A stretch of 63,367 nucleotides of DNA, filler included, from Octopus bimaculoides (lineage: Eukaryota): assembly GCF_001194135.2 (NCBI RefSeq). It is 11 parts of 8 records of this genome, joined end to end, with 100 filler letters (N's around TTAATTAATTAA, not from the genome) between each part and the next. Parts side by side here need not be neighbours in the genome. Positions count along the whole stretch, not along the records: positions 1 to 3,290 come from NC_069000.1; positions 3,391 to 5,217 come from NC_069006.1; positions 5,318 to 6,678 come from NC_068986.1; positions 6,779 to 14,781 come from NC_068983.1; 7 more parts are not named here. The stretch is one strand, 5' to 3'. The notes under the pieces were generated by a model. It had not been told where the DNA came from. It ran no database searches and was given only the letters and a program-made list of their open reading frames with translations. The translations under genes and the position numbers were made by a program. Below are positions 1 through 11,987 of the stretch, one piece after another. Within the stretch, counting starts at the first letter, position 1; each line of letters begins with the position of its first letter.

Positions 1-55
1 GAGGAATGCACATACTTAATGGCGGGACACACGCGCAAACACACGCGCTAACACA

Positions 56-96
<41 letters not shown>

Positions 97-285
97 TCAC
101 GCACACACACACACACACACACACATACACACACACACAGAGAAACACACACACACATAGGTGCAGGCGTTGCAATGTGGCAAGAAGTTTTCCTCTGTAA
201 AACATCGTTCCGGGGTTCAGTCCTAGAGCGTGGCACTTTCAACATGTCACTTCTACTAAACCTGGAACAAAAAGAAGCCCGTCGT

Positions 286-329
<44 letters not shown>

Positions 330-445
330 GTGTATGTGTGTGTATGTGCGCGCACACACACATACACACAAATCTACACACACAAACACACACACATCTA
401 CACACACAAACACACACACACACACACATACACGCACGCGCCATC
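1..445. repeat. (CA)n/(GT)n microsatellites (representative; dozens more di-, tri- and tetranucleotide tracts occur across the window)
   Basis: Seen directly; e.g. (CTAT)n 6145-6197, AT-rich tract 10258-10590, (AAT)n 46868-46935, (TGC)/(GTT)n 38683-38785, (AAC)n 61060-61135. Confidence 0.98.
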
Positions 446-839
446 CCATTTCTCTTATCCGTCTTATTTGTCACACAGAAATTTCTATTTTGTCTCGCCG
501 ACCTTGTAAAATTTCAGAAAGAAAGAGCTCCACAGACGAAACAAGAACACCAAACCTACTTCACATAACGAGATCAGAACAACTGTAACAATAGTAATGT
601 TATATTTCTCTCCTTTGTTATGTTTGTCTTGTTTTCTTTCGTTTTATTTTTCCATGCTTTTGTCAAATCTGTTCTTTATCCAGTGATAGAAGTTTATGGA
701 TATTAATGAAATGAAATTTTTAAAAAAAAACATACATGGAGAAGAATTCCAGCAAACACACCAAAGTACATATTCTTTTATATTTTTCAGCCCTGAGGCT
801 GCGGCTATGCTGGAGTATGGACAGTGTAGTCAACTTTTC

Positions 840-1960
840 AAAAGCCAATCTTATGTGATTTGCTTTTGGTGGATATGTATACATTACCATCATGAAATGT
901 TTCTGGCTTGGGCTCTGGCCGGATCATATAATAATTTTGTGGACACTTTGCCCTATTTTCTTCTATAGAAGAGCAAGAATCATATAAATGTTGTGTGCAT
1001 GCATTCTTAACACGTTTCTGCACACTCGAATGGGGGCATTGTTTTTAAAACGTTGGATTTCGTTTTGTAGAACGACTTTTCTTATAAACAATGTTTGAGA
1101 ACAACACACTCCAATGACGTTAATGGAATAGCATACACCAATGTTTCGACGTGATTTCACCTCGTTACTAATTGACATTATCCAACTCCTGGGAGCTAGA
1201 CAGTTACAACTGAACCTATCTATGGAAATAAGAAAACAAAACGTTTGCTGATGGATGCGGGGGTGACATTGAATTATGATGGACACGCAAAAGTGCATGT
1301 GGATTCATTCTTAATACGTTTCTGCGCACTGAATGTGAACATGGGAAGCAAAAGGCTCCGTTCACGTTTTGCAGTTTTTGCAAGAGCCTTATTTTGTTGA
1401 ATATCAACTTCTTTGTTTTATGTTTTTGTTTTTTAATTCTTCAAGAAATTCTTTTTGCAACCTGGAAATTCATTCGGCCTCTAACAATCTTAAATATTCC
1501 AAAGGCAGTATCTGACTGGTCTACCTCATGACTTTACCAGCACCTGCAGAAGAAAATGCACACAGCACTATGGTTCTACCCCACACCCCATGCATCAAAG
1601 ACTTTTAAAAGCAGTCAGAGTAGAGGATGTCTACAACACCCTAAAAGCAACGTTTTCGGTAATCACAAAAAAACCCCATCGTTCCAGAGAACTAATCATT
1701 CTGGATCACAGTTAGGCAAAAACCACCATCTGTCCTTGATGCGTCTCTATTTTCCTAAGGGTTAATAGACTTTTCACTTTTTCTTTTTCAGCAGTATCTT
1801 TCAGCAGTGTTCTAAAGCTTCAAAACAGCTGCAGAAAGCATGTTTACATTCCTGAAGAGCTAAGAATTTCAATCTTCCGTCACCTGTACCTGCAATTGTT
1901 CTAAGCCAGCCAGATCCACCCATCTTTTCAACAGAATCAGTTTGCTAGAAGTGTAGACCT
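840..1960 (-). pseudogene. Unidentified decayed coding-like relic
   Basis: Protein-like stretches broken by stops, e.g. QILPLEYLRLLEAE*ISRLQKEFLEELKNKN, EKMGGSGWLRTIAGTGDGRLKFLALQECKHAFC and LERWGFFCDY; no family recognised. Confidence 0.3.
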
Positions 1961-2689
1961 ATTATTGGAAGATAGAGAAATAGAATTTTCTTATATTTCT
2001 ATATCTTGTGGACTTCCAAATATGTTGTGCCTGCTTCACAAACAAAGAATAGTAATTTAATATATTATAACCATTTCAGCATGTAATTATTTTTCTTTGA
2101 AGGCATATTTAACAAAAAAATAATTTGTTACTTAATATTCCTAGCCAAGTCATTATAATTGTTTATGTATGGCTTGTGATTTAAACAGGAACTTGTACAG
2201 TTCTATTTAAACGAGACATAAAAGTACACGTCTTAAGATTTTGAATACTTTTTACAAAACTTCCTCCAAAAAAGAATAATCCAAAACAACCCTATCACCC
2301 ACATTTTTTTTTATCTACATCTTTAGTGTCTAATGTCTTACCTAAGATATTGGCACTTGAGCTTAGAAGATGAAAATCCCCAAATTTGGGGAATTTCTCT
2401 TTCTCTTCAAAAAAATTGAATGTGTGTATTTGTAAAACTGATCCTTTTTCCCTTTACGATGTTATTAAGTGAATATTTAGGAATTATGAAAACATTTGGT
2501 GCAAATAATATATATATAAATTACAGTATAAATAACATGCGGCAAATTTACACAAACATATCTGGTTCGTTTTTTTTTTCCTCACGTGTATACATACGTA
2601 CACTCATCTCTGTGCGTGTATGCGTATGCGTGTGTGTGTGTACGCGTTTGTGTGTGTGTGCGTAGTGTGAGAGAGGGGAGACATACATA

Positions 2690-3850
2690 CACACGCACAA
2701 GTGCTGTACTGTGGGAAGAAAGCTCGAGCCCCTTGGTCCCCTCCCGCATCTCTGACTGAAAACAAAATTTCTTCCGGTCAGGTTGTACTCTGTGTCTCTG
2801 CTGGTTTTCGCAGTGGCAACGGCTTTGGTTCTTTTGCTTAGTGTCTTTTCCCTGTCTGTTTCGCCTCCTCCTCCTCCTCTTCTCATATTCAGGAAGATGT
2901 CAAGGAGTTCAGACTCCAACACAGATTTCAACTGAGTTTTCCCTCTTGCATCAATAGTATTGCTTTTCTCTTTGCAACCACAACCTAGTACAATTTTCGG
3001 TTTTGGGGAGAAATAATGACATGTATTTCTCTGCATACCTTATTCTACAGTATGTTGCTGTGCCATCTTCACGTCCATCATCTCCTGATGATGATGAGAC
3101 TAAGATCAAAGCCAATACCGGTATCTCTAATCGTAATCTTCATGTTTCGTTTCACTAATCATTACGTCACTAGCCAGTGGGCAGGTTTATATATATACGA
3201 CGGGCTTCTTTCAGTTTCCGTCTACTACATTCAAATTGAAACGCGCTCTCACTGTTTATCGTATATATATGTATATATATATATATATATNNNNNNNNNN
3301 NNNNNNNNNNNNNNNNNNNNNNNNNNNNNNNNNNTTAATTAATTAANNNNNNNNNNNNNNNNNNNNNNNNNNNNNNNNNNNNNNNNNNNNGACTGAAACA
3401 AGCAGAAGAGAAAGGGTTGAAATTTTATATGTGTCTATATTTGATAGACTGCGAGTAAAGTTGTTCAATAACAGGTTTATCAAGAGGTTGAGGGGTTGTC
3501 TTTTTTTTATCTATTGCATGACATAAGAAACACTGCCATCTTCTGCAGATGCTGTAATTAATGGTTTTGTATCTATGTCTTCATAACAATCTTCAGAGTT
3601 TTGCTTTTGGAAGAACAATTCTTGTCCAGATTTGTTGATGTCAGATGAATCAGTATTTTACATGGTGAAATACATATTATCTTCAGCAGTGACATGGCAT
3701 ACTGATATGGAACTCTTACTTGTGTTTCTTCTCAGGATCAGATATCTACGAAAGATAATACATGAGTATGTTTTTATGTAGGATTCAATATCAATTGAAT
3801 ACAAATCTTCACAACCTTACACAACTTAACCTGCAAGCTAAAGGTATTTA
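2690..3850 (-). pseudogene. Unidentified decayed coding-like relic, possibly continuous with 840-1960
   Basis: SGQELFFQKQNSEDCYEDIDTKPLITASAEDGSVSY, DKKKTTPQPLDKPVIEQLY, SGDDGREDGTATYCRI and EEEEEEAKQTGKRH*AKEPKPLPLRKPAE, with stops and frameshifts. Confidence 0.3.
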
Positions 3851-4920
3851 GAAAAATATAATTCAGAGGATAAAACTTAATGTTACGAACCTAAAATACT
3901 TAGAATTAATCNNNNNNNNNNNNNNNNNNNNNNNNNNNNNNNNNNNNNNNNNNNNNNNNNNNNNNNNNNNNNNNNNNNNNNNNNNNNNNNNNNNNNNNNN
4001 NNNNNNNNNNNGTGTGTGAGCAGTGTGATGTCTCACTCTGTACGGCACCATGTTTTCAAATATGTTTTCTACACCCTCTGAAATGCATTTGTAGAAATTT
4101 TCATTTTAAAATACGCATCTTTTAAAAAGGACATGAGGACACATAACTGACTTTTTAAAATTTCCTGAACCTCCTCTCTCACTCCTGTGAAAAAAATGTT
4201 TACAACTCATTCCGATTTAACTGGAATCAATTTTACTGGAAGTCATGAGAAAAGAAACCCAGTGGGGCACATTTGTGTACGTATGACCAGAGCTTTAACA
4301 TGAGTGAATATATTTGATTATAATTCTAACCAAACACATGTTTCTCAAGGACTTCTGGTAAAGCATACATAATGATATACAGTAACCAGATGGAGTGAAG
4401 TGTTCATGACTGGATTGCAGTCATGGATATCTGGATGGTAGCAGCAAAATCCTCAACATGAATCTGGACCTCAGAGCAAAGTTCTGCCCCGTGAAGTATG
4501 TTGGGGCTGAAGTGGCAGTGGATGCGTGTCCAATTTGGAAGCCCTTCAGCTTGGACCTTAGTAATGCCAACGCAGCTGGTCTTCAAATAGCGATTTGTAT
4601 GGGGGCTGAGAAGACAGCTTGGATGTGAACTGGCAGCATCAGCGGGGTCAGTATTAGGGTTAGAATTTAGACAGGGAGGGGATGGTGGAGGAAGGGGGGA
4701 GTCGGATGAAAAGATATGAAGCTTAGCAGTAGGGATCGGTTGATGGAAGGGGAAGGAGGTGATGGAGGCAGGCTATTACGGGAGTGCTGGGGGTGAATAA
4801 ATGTACTGAAGAATTTCATTTAGAATTTCTTCCCCATATTATTTGAAATCGTCAACAAATGATTTAAAAGGCTATGGTAATGTGAAACTGTATGAAGCCT
4901 TATACATGAATATTAAAGGG

Positions 4921-5217
4921 TGGAGGCGCAATGGCCGAGTGGTTAGGGTAGCGGACTCGCGGTTTCGATTCCCAGACCGGGCGTTGTGAGTGTTTATTGA
5001 GCAAAAACACCTAAAGCTCCACGAGGCTCTGGCAGGGGATGGTGGCGAACCCTGCTGTACTCTTTCACCACAACTTTCTCTTGCTCTTTCTTCCTGTTTC
5101 TGTTGTACCTGTAATTCAAAGGGTCAGCCTTGTCACACCGTGTCACGCTGAATATCCCTGAGAACTACGTTAAGGGTACACATGTCTGTGGAGTGCTCAG
5201 CCACTTGCACGTTAATT
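4921..5217 (+). mobile_element. tRNA-derived SINE, family 1
   Basis: A-box TGGCCGAGTGG and B-box GGTTTCGATTCC; a similar copy lies on the - strand at 40945-41222. Confidence 0.85.
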
Positions 5218-5384
5218 NNNNNNNNNNNNNNNNNNNNNNNNNNNNNNNNNNNNNNNNNNNNTTAATTAATTAANNNNNNNNNNNNNNNNNNNNNNNNNNN
5301 NNNNNNNNNNNNNNNNNATATATATATATGTGTATATATATATGTGTGCTTTGAAGCTGGCTGCTGTTCTGTTAAAAACAGATG

Positions 5385-6040
5385 AAGAACCTATTGGAGG
5401 AGCAACTAATGCATAACTTAAATTATGCAGATGATAACGCAGTTATTAAGAATGACTCTGCTAGTCTTTAGGCTTTCTTTAACCATTTAACTGCATATGA
5501 AAAATAAATGGGTTTCCAAATTAATCTTGACGCGACAGACAATAAACACAGCTAAACCATGGGATAACAATTTATGGTAGACTTATAAACCATTTTATGA
5601 GACAAGTGGCTATCTAGGATATGTATTACTAGTTTCAAATAACAACGAAGTTGCTGTCAGCCAGGAGATGCATTACCGGGGGTAGCCGTTTCTATAACAG
5701 AATACAATTTGAAATCAAATCGAAAACCAATGAAAGCGAAGTTATGATATACAGCATTTTTATTGCCCCTTGTATCACTTGAAGTGAAAAAAAAGTTAAC
5801 GATTCAAAAACTTGAAGTTTTGCAAAGTTGTCATGGATTTATAAATATTGGACATCTCACTGAATGTTAAAACATTAAATCCACGTACGAGAAATGATAC
5901 AGCTGCAACGAATTTTTAGTTAAGTTAAAAGGAACGCAACAGAACTGATTGGTCTCAACAAGCATTTAAATTGTTATCTTTATCAGATCTAAATGGAGGG
6001 TATGATATCTAGAAAGAGAAACCAGATTCTAAAATAGTTT
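5385..6040 (+). mobile_element. Old, decayed RTE-type RT relic from a different family
   Basis: Translation with stops: HNLNYADDNAVI...MGFQINLD...KAKL*YTAFLLPLV...QKLEVF...MEGMISRKR, following the RTE RT and C-terminal motif order. Confidence 0.65.
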
Positions 6041-6143
6041 CAATGCAATGACAAGTAGGGATTTTCTGCACTCTGCTACAAGAAAAACGATTAACGATGA
6101 TGATGATCATGATGATGATAGTACATGTGTGCTTGCATGCAAG

Positions 6144-6198
<55 letters not shown>

Positions 6199-6641
6199 AC
6201 ATACATGTATATACATTAAGAGACAAAGTAATAAAAGGCTTCGTAACTCCTTTCTTATATGTAAATATATTTGTCTACTGATCAAGCAGGCCTAAGTTTG
6301 ACCATGCTTCGCTGTCGCGGTTTTATGAAAGCGACACAAAACCGTAGCTGTCATATCACTAGCTAAAAGAGATAAGATTTTTCTTTGAGAACCTATGTTT
6401 TTATTTCTTTTACTTGTTGCAACCATCGGCTGCGACCATATTGGAGTGCTCTATTAGTGCAGCTTTTAATTCATTTATTTCTACGGTCCTCTTTCCGCAG
6501 ATGGGTTTGATGAATCAGGGAATTTATATGAGATCCCAGATAAAAAATGTGCCTTAGTGTTTTGAATACATTGAGATTTAGGCTTTGCAGATCCCTGAAA
6601 TATTGAAAACATATGTTTTTTTTTAGCCATAAATTGTTGTA

Positions 6642-6678
<37 letters not shown>

Positions 6679-7009
6679 NNNNNNNNNNNNNNNNNNNNNN
6701 NNNNNNNNNNNNNNNNNNNNNNTTAATTAATTAANNNNNNNNNNNNNNNNNNNNNNNNNNNNNNNNNNNNNNNNNNNNTATATATATATATATATTGGGC
6801 TAGCCCATCCAAATAGCAGCCCATTGCTTACTTACTTAATTTAATATTGGCAAATTATATCTATATTTGCAGCTGCAGCAACGCTTATATTACAATGCTT
6901 ACCTTACTCTCACCCCCAGTAGAGGCAACAATTGTAACATGTTTGAATGATGATAGGTTAAAAGCAAGAACAGCTGTTATGACATGTCTGTTATCAAACG
7001 ATCACAGAA

Positions 7010-10000
7010 ACCTTCCTTTCAGGTGCTGAATAACATCTCTCCTTCCCTTGTTCCCTCCCACAACCCTTTCCCAGTTGTCAGAGTTAGCACTGTAAACATA
7101 GGTACATTGAAATGTAGGTCTAACGAGATTGTAGAGATTCCTGAACATAGGCGTGTTGATATATGTTGCATCCAACAGGTAAGGTGGAGAGGAGCTTCAG
7201 CCAGATCCATCACAAGCAAAACACATAGGTATAAAATCTTCTGGAAAGATAACAGTGATGGAGTAGCTGGTGTAGGCATACTTCTTGCAGAGAAATGGGT
7301 GGATAAGGTCATAGAGGTAGTCAGAGTGTGCAATGGAGTACTTAAGCTCAGGCTGGTCTTGCAGAATAGTATAGCTGCAATTATATCTGCCTATGCCCCA
7401 CAAGTAGGCCTACGAAATGAACAAAAATAACACTTTTATGATATTCTTCTGCAGGCTACCTCAAAGACAAGGGACAATCATCTCATCTTCATGGCTGGGG
7501 ATTTCAATAGGCTTGTCGGATGCCAGCCTGGAATCTTCCATGATAATCATGGGAGCCATGGAATTGGTTCCAGAAACAAAGAGAGAACAAGGCTACTGGA
7601 GTTCAATGATGCAAATAATCTTTTGATCTGCAATACCAATTTCAGGAAGCCAGTCAGCCACCTGATAATCTATCAATCAGGTGACTCTGCTAGCCAGATT
7701 GATTTCATTCTCACCAGGCAGCAGGATGGTTGCTCTTAAATACAAGGATCCTCCCAGATGAAGAATGTACCCTCCAGCATAGACTAGTCATTAGCGACTT
7801 TAGACTCCAGGCCTGAAAGATGCTAAGAAGCAAATAAATCTAGAATACAAGGATTTGGAAGCTTAAGGTCAGAGATTTAGGGACATCCTAATTGATAAAT
7901 TTGATGAGAGGGAAGAGGAGCTACAGACTTGTGACATAGAGAGCAACTGGGAATTCCTGTGAGACAGCTTGCTGAGTGCCACAGACCAAATCTGTGGCTG
8001 GTGCAAAGTCCCTTCCAGATCTAGGATAATGTAGTAATGTAAAAATACTGTAGACAGCAAAGAAACAGGCCAGATAGGCCTGGAAGAGTGGGGCAGTAGG
8101 AAACTGTATCAGATAGCCAGAAGGAAAGCTAGGAGACAGGTATATCTAGCCAAGGGAGAAGAAGTAAAGAAGAAGTTTGCTTATGTTCAGCATCATGAGA
8201 TCCGATGAACTGAAGTATTTCAGATTGCAAGAAAGTATGAGACAAAATTATGATGTCATTGAAGAGAAATGTGTCTGCATGGATGATGGTGTACTTGCTT
8301 TTAACGAGTCACCTATATTGTAAATCAAGTGGTTCATGCAGGAGTCATACCCAATGACTGGTGTAGCACCACCATAGTCAACTGCTACAAAGGTAAAGGT
8401 GATACCTTAGAAATATATACAGAGGTATCAAATTGTTGGATCAGGTAATGAAAGTTACAGAGAGAGTCATAGCCCAACTAATTAGGGAAAGTTAGTCTAC
8501 ATGTGATGCCGTTTGGTTTTGTGCCAGTTAGAAGCACCACTGATGCTATATTTCTGGTAAGACGATTACAGGAGAAATACCTAGCCAAAGATAAACCTCT
8601 GTACTTGGCTTTTGTTGACTTGGAGAAAGCTTTTCACAGAGTCCCCCAATCCCTTATCTGATGGTCAGTGAGGAAACTAGGGATAGATGAGTAGTTGGTA
8701 AGAACCATACAAGCCTTGTACAGGGATGCTACTAATAAGGTGAGTGTAGGCAATGAGTACAGCGAAGAAGTCAGGGTACAAGTAAAGGTTCACCAAGGAT
8801 CGGTACTCAGCCCCCTCTTGTTCATCATAGTCTTCCAGGCAATAACAGAGAAAGTCAAGATAGGCTGTCCCTGGGAACTCCTCTACGCTGATGACCTTGC
8901 TTTAATAGCTGAGTCACTACCAGAACTAGAGAAGTTTCAGGCATGGAAGCAAGGTCTTGAATCAAAGGGCCTTAGAATTAACCTAGCAAAAATCAAAGTC
9001 ATAGTAAGTAGGAAGGCAGACAAATCACAAATCCCTTCAGTTAGATGGCCCTGCTCAATCTGTAGAAAAGGTAGAGACTCCATAAGATGCACCCAGTGTA
9101 AGCTTTGGACACATAACAGGTGCAGCAACATCAGAGGAAGGTTAACAGGGAAACTAACTTTTGTATGTGATAGGTGCACAAGTACAATAAATGCTGGAAA
9201 TGCACAGAAAATAGATTCCATCAACTGCTAGGGGTGAAGCTAGAAGTAGTAGATAGCTGCCATTACCTTGGTGACAAAGTTAGTAGTAGAGGTGGATGCT
9301 CCGAGAGTGTAGCTATGAGAAAAAGATTGGGCTGGGCAAAGTTCAGAGAGTTCCTACCCCTGCTGGCAACGAAGGGCCTCCCTCTTAGAGTGAAAGGCAG
9401 ACTGTTTGATGCCTGTGCGTGAAAAGCTATGTTGTATGGCAGTGAAATATGGGCCATAACAGCCAAGGTCATGCGTAAGCTTGAAACAAATAAAACCAGT
9501 ATGCTTCGCTGGATATGCAATGTCAGTGTGCATGTTCAACAGAGCGTAAGCTTCTTGAGAGAAAAGTTAAGCATAAAAGGAATCAGTTGTCGTGTGTGAG
9601 AGACAGGCTGCACTGGTATGCGCATGTGATGTGTATGGATGAGGACAGCTGTGTAAATAAGTGCCGATCTCTAAATGTGGAGGGAATCTGTGGTAGTGGG
9701 ACACCCAAGAAAACATGGGACGAGGTGGTGAAGCATGATTTTTGAGCTTTGAGCCTCACAGGGGCAATGACTGGCAACCAAAACCTTTGGCAATGTGCTG
9801 TGCTTGAGAGGACCCATCAAGCCAAGTGTACCTGTGCTGGTGGCATGTAAAGAACATCTTTTGAATGTTAGGCCTCACAAAGGCAGAGTGTCTGAGATCC
9901 TCTTGAGTGTTGGGCCTGATGGAGGCAAAGTGACTGAGTTCCTTTCGAGTGTTGGGCTTCACGGAGGCAAAGTGGCTGAGTTCCTTTTGAGTGTTGGGCC

Positions 10001-10246
10001 TCATGGAGGCAATAACCAAGACTTTTTACATAATGTCATGCTCGAGAAGACTCAACACGCCAAGCAAAATCAGTCATGGTAGATACTGGTGTCATGCAAA
10101 TTGGCACCTGTGCTGGTGGCACAAAAATGCACCTGGTGTCAGCAAACAGCACCCATACTAGTGGCACATAAAAGCACCCATCACACTCTCAGAGTGATTG
10201 ATGTTAGGAAGTCCACCCAGCCATAGAAAACCGTGCCAAATCAGAA
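7010..10246 (+). mobile_element. RTE-clade LINE, near full ORF, degenerate (APE endonuclease, RT, PHD-type finger, 3' tail)
   Basis: APE motifs (VSTVNIGTL, DICCIQQVRW, ISAYAPQVG, MAGDFN, SQIDFIL); RT motifs (VHQGSVLSPLLFII, ELLYADDLAL); multiple stops and frameshifts; an internal deletion near 8310 relative to the copy at 11986-14716. Confidence 0.95.
9863..10012 (+). repeat. 42-bp minisatellite, about 3.6 units, inside the RTE 3' end
   Basis: Units start at 9863, 9905, 9947 and 9989; consensus gagtgttgggcctcatggaggcaaagtgactgagttccttt(t/c). Confidence 0.9.
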
Positions 10247-10591
10247 NNNNNNNNNNTATATAAATATATATATTATATACACATACACACAAATATTATA
10301 TATAAAAATATTATATATAAATATACATTATACATACATATAAACATACATATTATATACATACATAACTACATACATATATACATACATATACACATAC
10401 ATATTATATACATATATAAACACATATATACAATACACATATACACATACATATTATATATACATACATATTATATACATACATATTCATACATATTATA
10501 TACATACATATTCATACATATTATTATATATATATACATATATATATTATATACATACATATACATATTATATACATATAAATATATATAA

Positions 10592-11803
10592 ATAAATAAA
10601 TGGAGTTAAATGCAAGTGTTATTCAAATCTTTATACTTCTAACATATGTTTTGAAGAAAATATTGGTATTATTCTAGAAGGAATAAAATGATGCAAAACA
10701 GTGCAATCTTCTCATCAAGGAAAAAAAGAGAAACATAACACATCAATAAGACATTTTAATCGAATGTGATTTATGTGTATAGGATGAAGAGAATGCTGGC
10801 ACGTTATTTAAAAAAAAACAACAATATATATAATGTCAAAGGCAATTTATAGAAAGAGAAGGAGGAGGAAGAAAGAAATTAGCAGAAAATTAAAAGTGGA
10901 GAACTATTGTGCAGTAGGTGAATAGGAATAAAGGTTAAAGGCATGAAAATAGATATATTTAGCGGAAATGAAATGTAAAACGACTGTTAAAGGTCAAATT
11001 TTATAGACTGGTAGAAATCACTTATAGGAACTAAGGGTATGTTTTTGCCAATGTTTGCAGCGATAAACGTGTTCTTTTAACGTGTTTACAAGAAAACAGG
11101 ATGAAATAGAGTTCATCATTACAGGGCAAACAAAAAGATTTACCTTTATCATACAGAAATGATTTAAATAATATTCCATTAGGAACATAATAAACAATTT
11201 GATTTGGAATGGAATATTCTACCTAGATCATATCTGTATGATAAAGGTAAATCTTTTTGTTCACCCTGTAATGATGAACTCTATTTCATCCAGTTCTCAG
11301 AAAATCCTCTTGTAAACACGTTTAAAGAACATGTTTATCGTTGCAAACATTGGTAAAAACATACCTTTACTTCCTATAAGTGATTTCTACTAGTCTATAA
11401 AATTCAACCCTTAACAGTCTTCTTACATTTCATTTCTACTAAATATATCTATTTCCACGCCTTTAATCTTTATTCCTATTCACCATTCACACTATATTTC
11501 TCCATTTTTTTCTGCTAATTTCTTTCTTCTGCTTCCTTCTCTTTCTATAAATTGTCTTTGACATTATATGTATTAACAGTTTTTAAAAAATAATGTACCA
11601 GCGTTCCCTTCATCATATATGCAGTAATCGCATTTGGTTAAAATGTCTTATTAATGCATTTTGTTTCTTTTTTTCCCTCAGTAGAAGATTGCATTGTTTT
11701 ACAGCATTTTATTCCTTCTGGAATAATACCAATGTTTTCTTCAAAACATATACTCAAAGTATAAAGATTTGAATAACACCTGCATTTAACGGCATTTATT
11801 TAT
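10592..11803. repeat. 1.2-kb foldback inverted repeat (arms about 590 bp, loop about 28 bp); MITE/foldback-like
   Basis: 10592-11180 is the reverse complement of 11209-11803 along its whole length, about 80-85% identical by eye (e.g. ttacctttatcatacag / ctgtatgataaaggtaa). Confidence 0.92.
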
Positions 11804-11945
11804 CTATGTTATACAAAAACATTTCACCAAAACCTGGAATTTCTAACTTTGTAAGTAGGCTGTTACATCCTTGGTACTTGTGTGAATTTTTGCTACCCTG
11901 GTAACCATTTATTTTTTCCATGTTATTTTTAAACATTGAGAAAAT

Positions 11946-11985
<40 letters not shown>

Positions 11986-11987
<2 letters not shown>

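Noticed and set aside
505-545. cagaaagaaagagctccacagacgaaac, loosely like the family C hammerhead
   Set aside because: Core and stem II are both broken; not supportable.
6-588. Long ORFs rich in HT/CV/YI/poly-X residues (also 15589-16511, 24441-25554, 42062-43298, 45313-46398, 49743-51045, 51881-52424)
   Set aside because: These are translations of microsatellites and N gaps.
3335-3346. TTAATTAATTAA islands inside N runs (also about 5262, 6723, 14826, 30439, 41349, 43788, 49087, 51427, 59577)
   Set aside because: An identical 12-mer with stops in all six frames, always flanked by Ns: an assembly spacer, not biology or a CRISPR-like repeat.
6850-7010. Candidate exon with a + strand acceptor or a - strand GTAAGC donor
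   Set aside because: The strand is ambiguous, no protein motif is recognisable, and it abuts the RTE 5' end.
9863-10012. Regularly spaced repeats as a possible CRISPR array
   Set aside because: They are contiguous tandem units with no unique spacers, in eukaryotic context with no cas genes.
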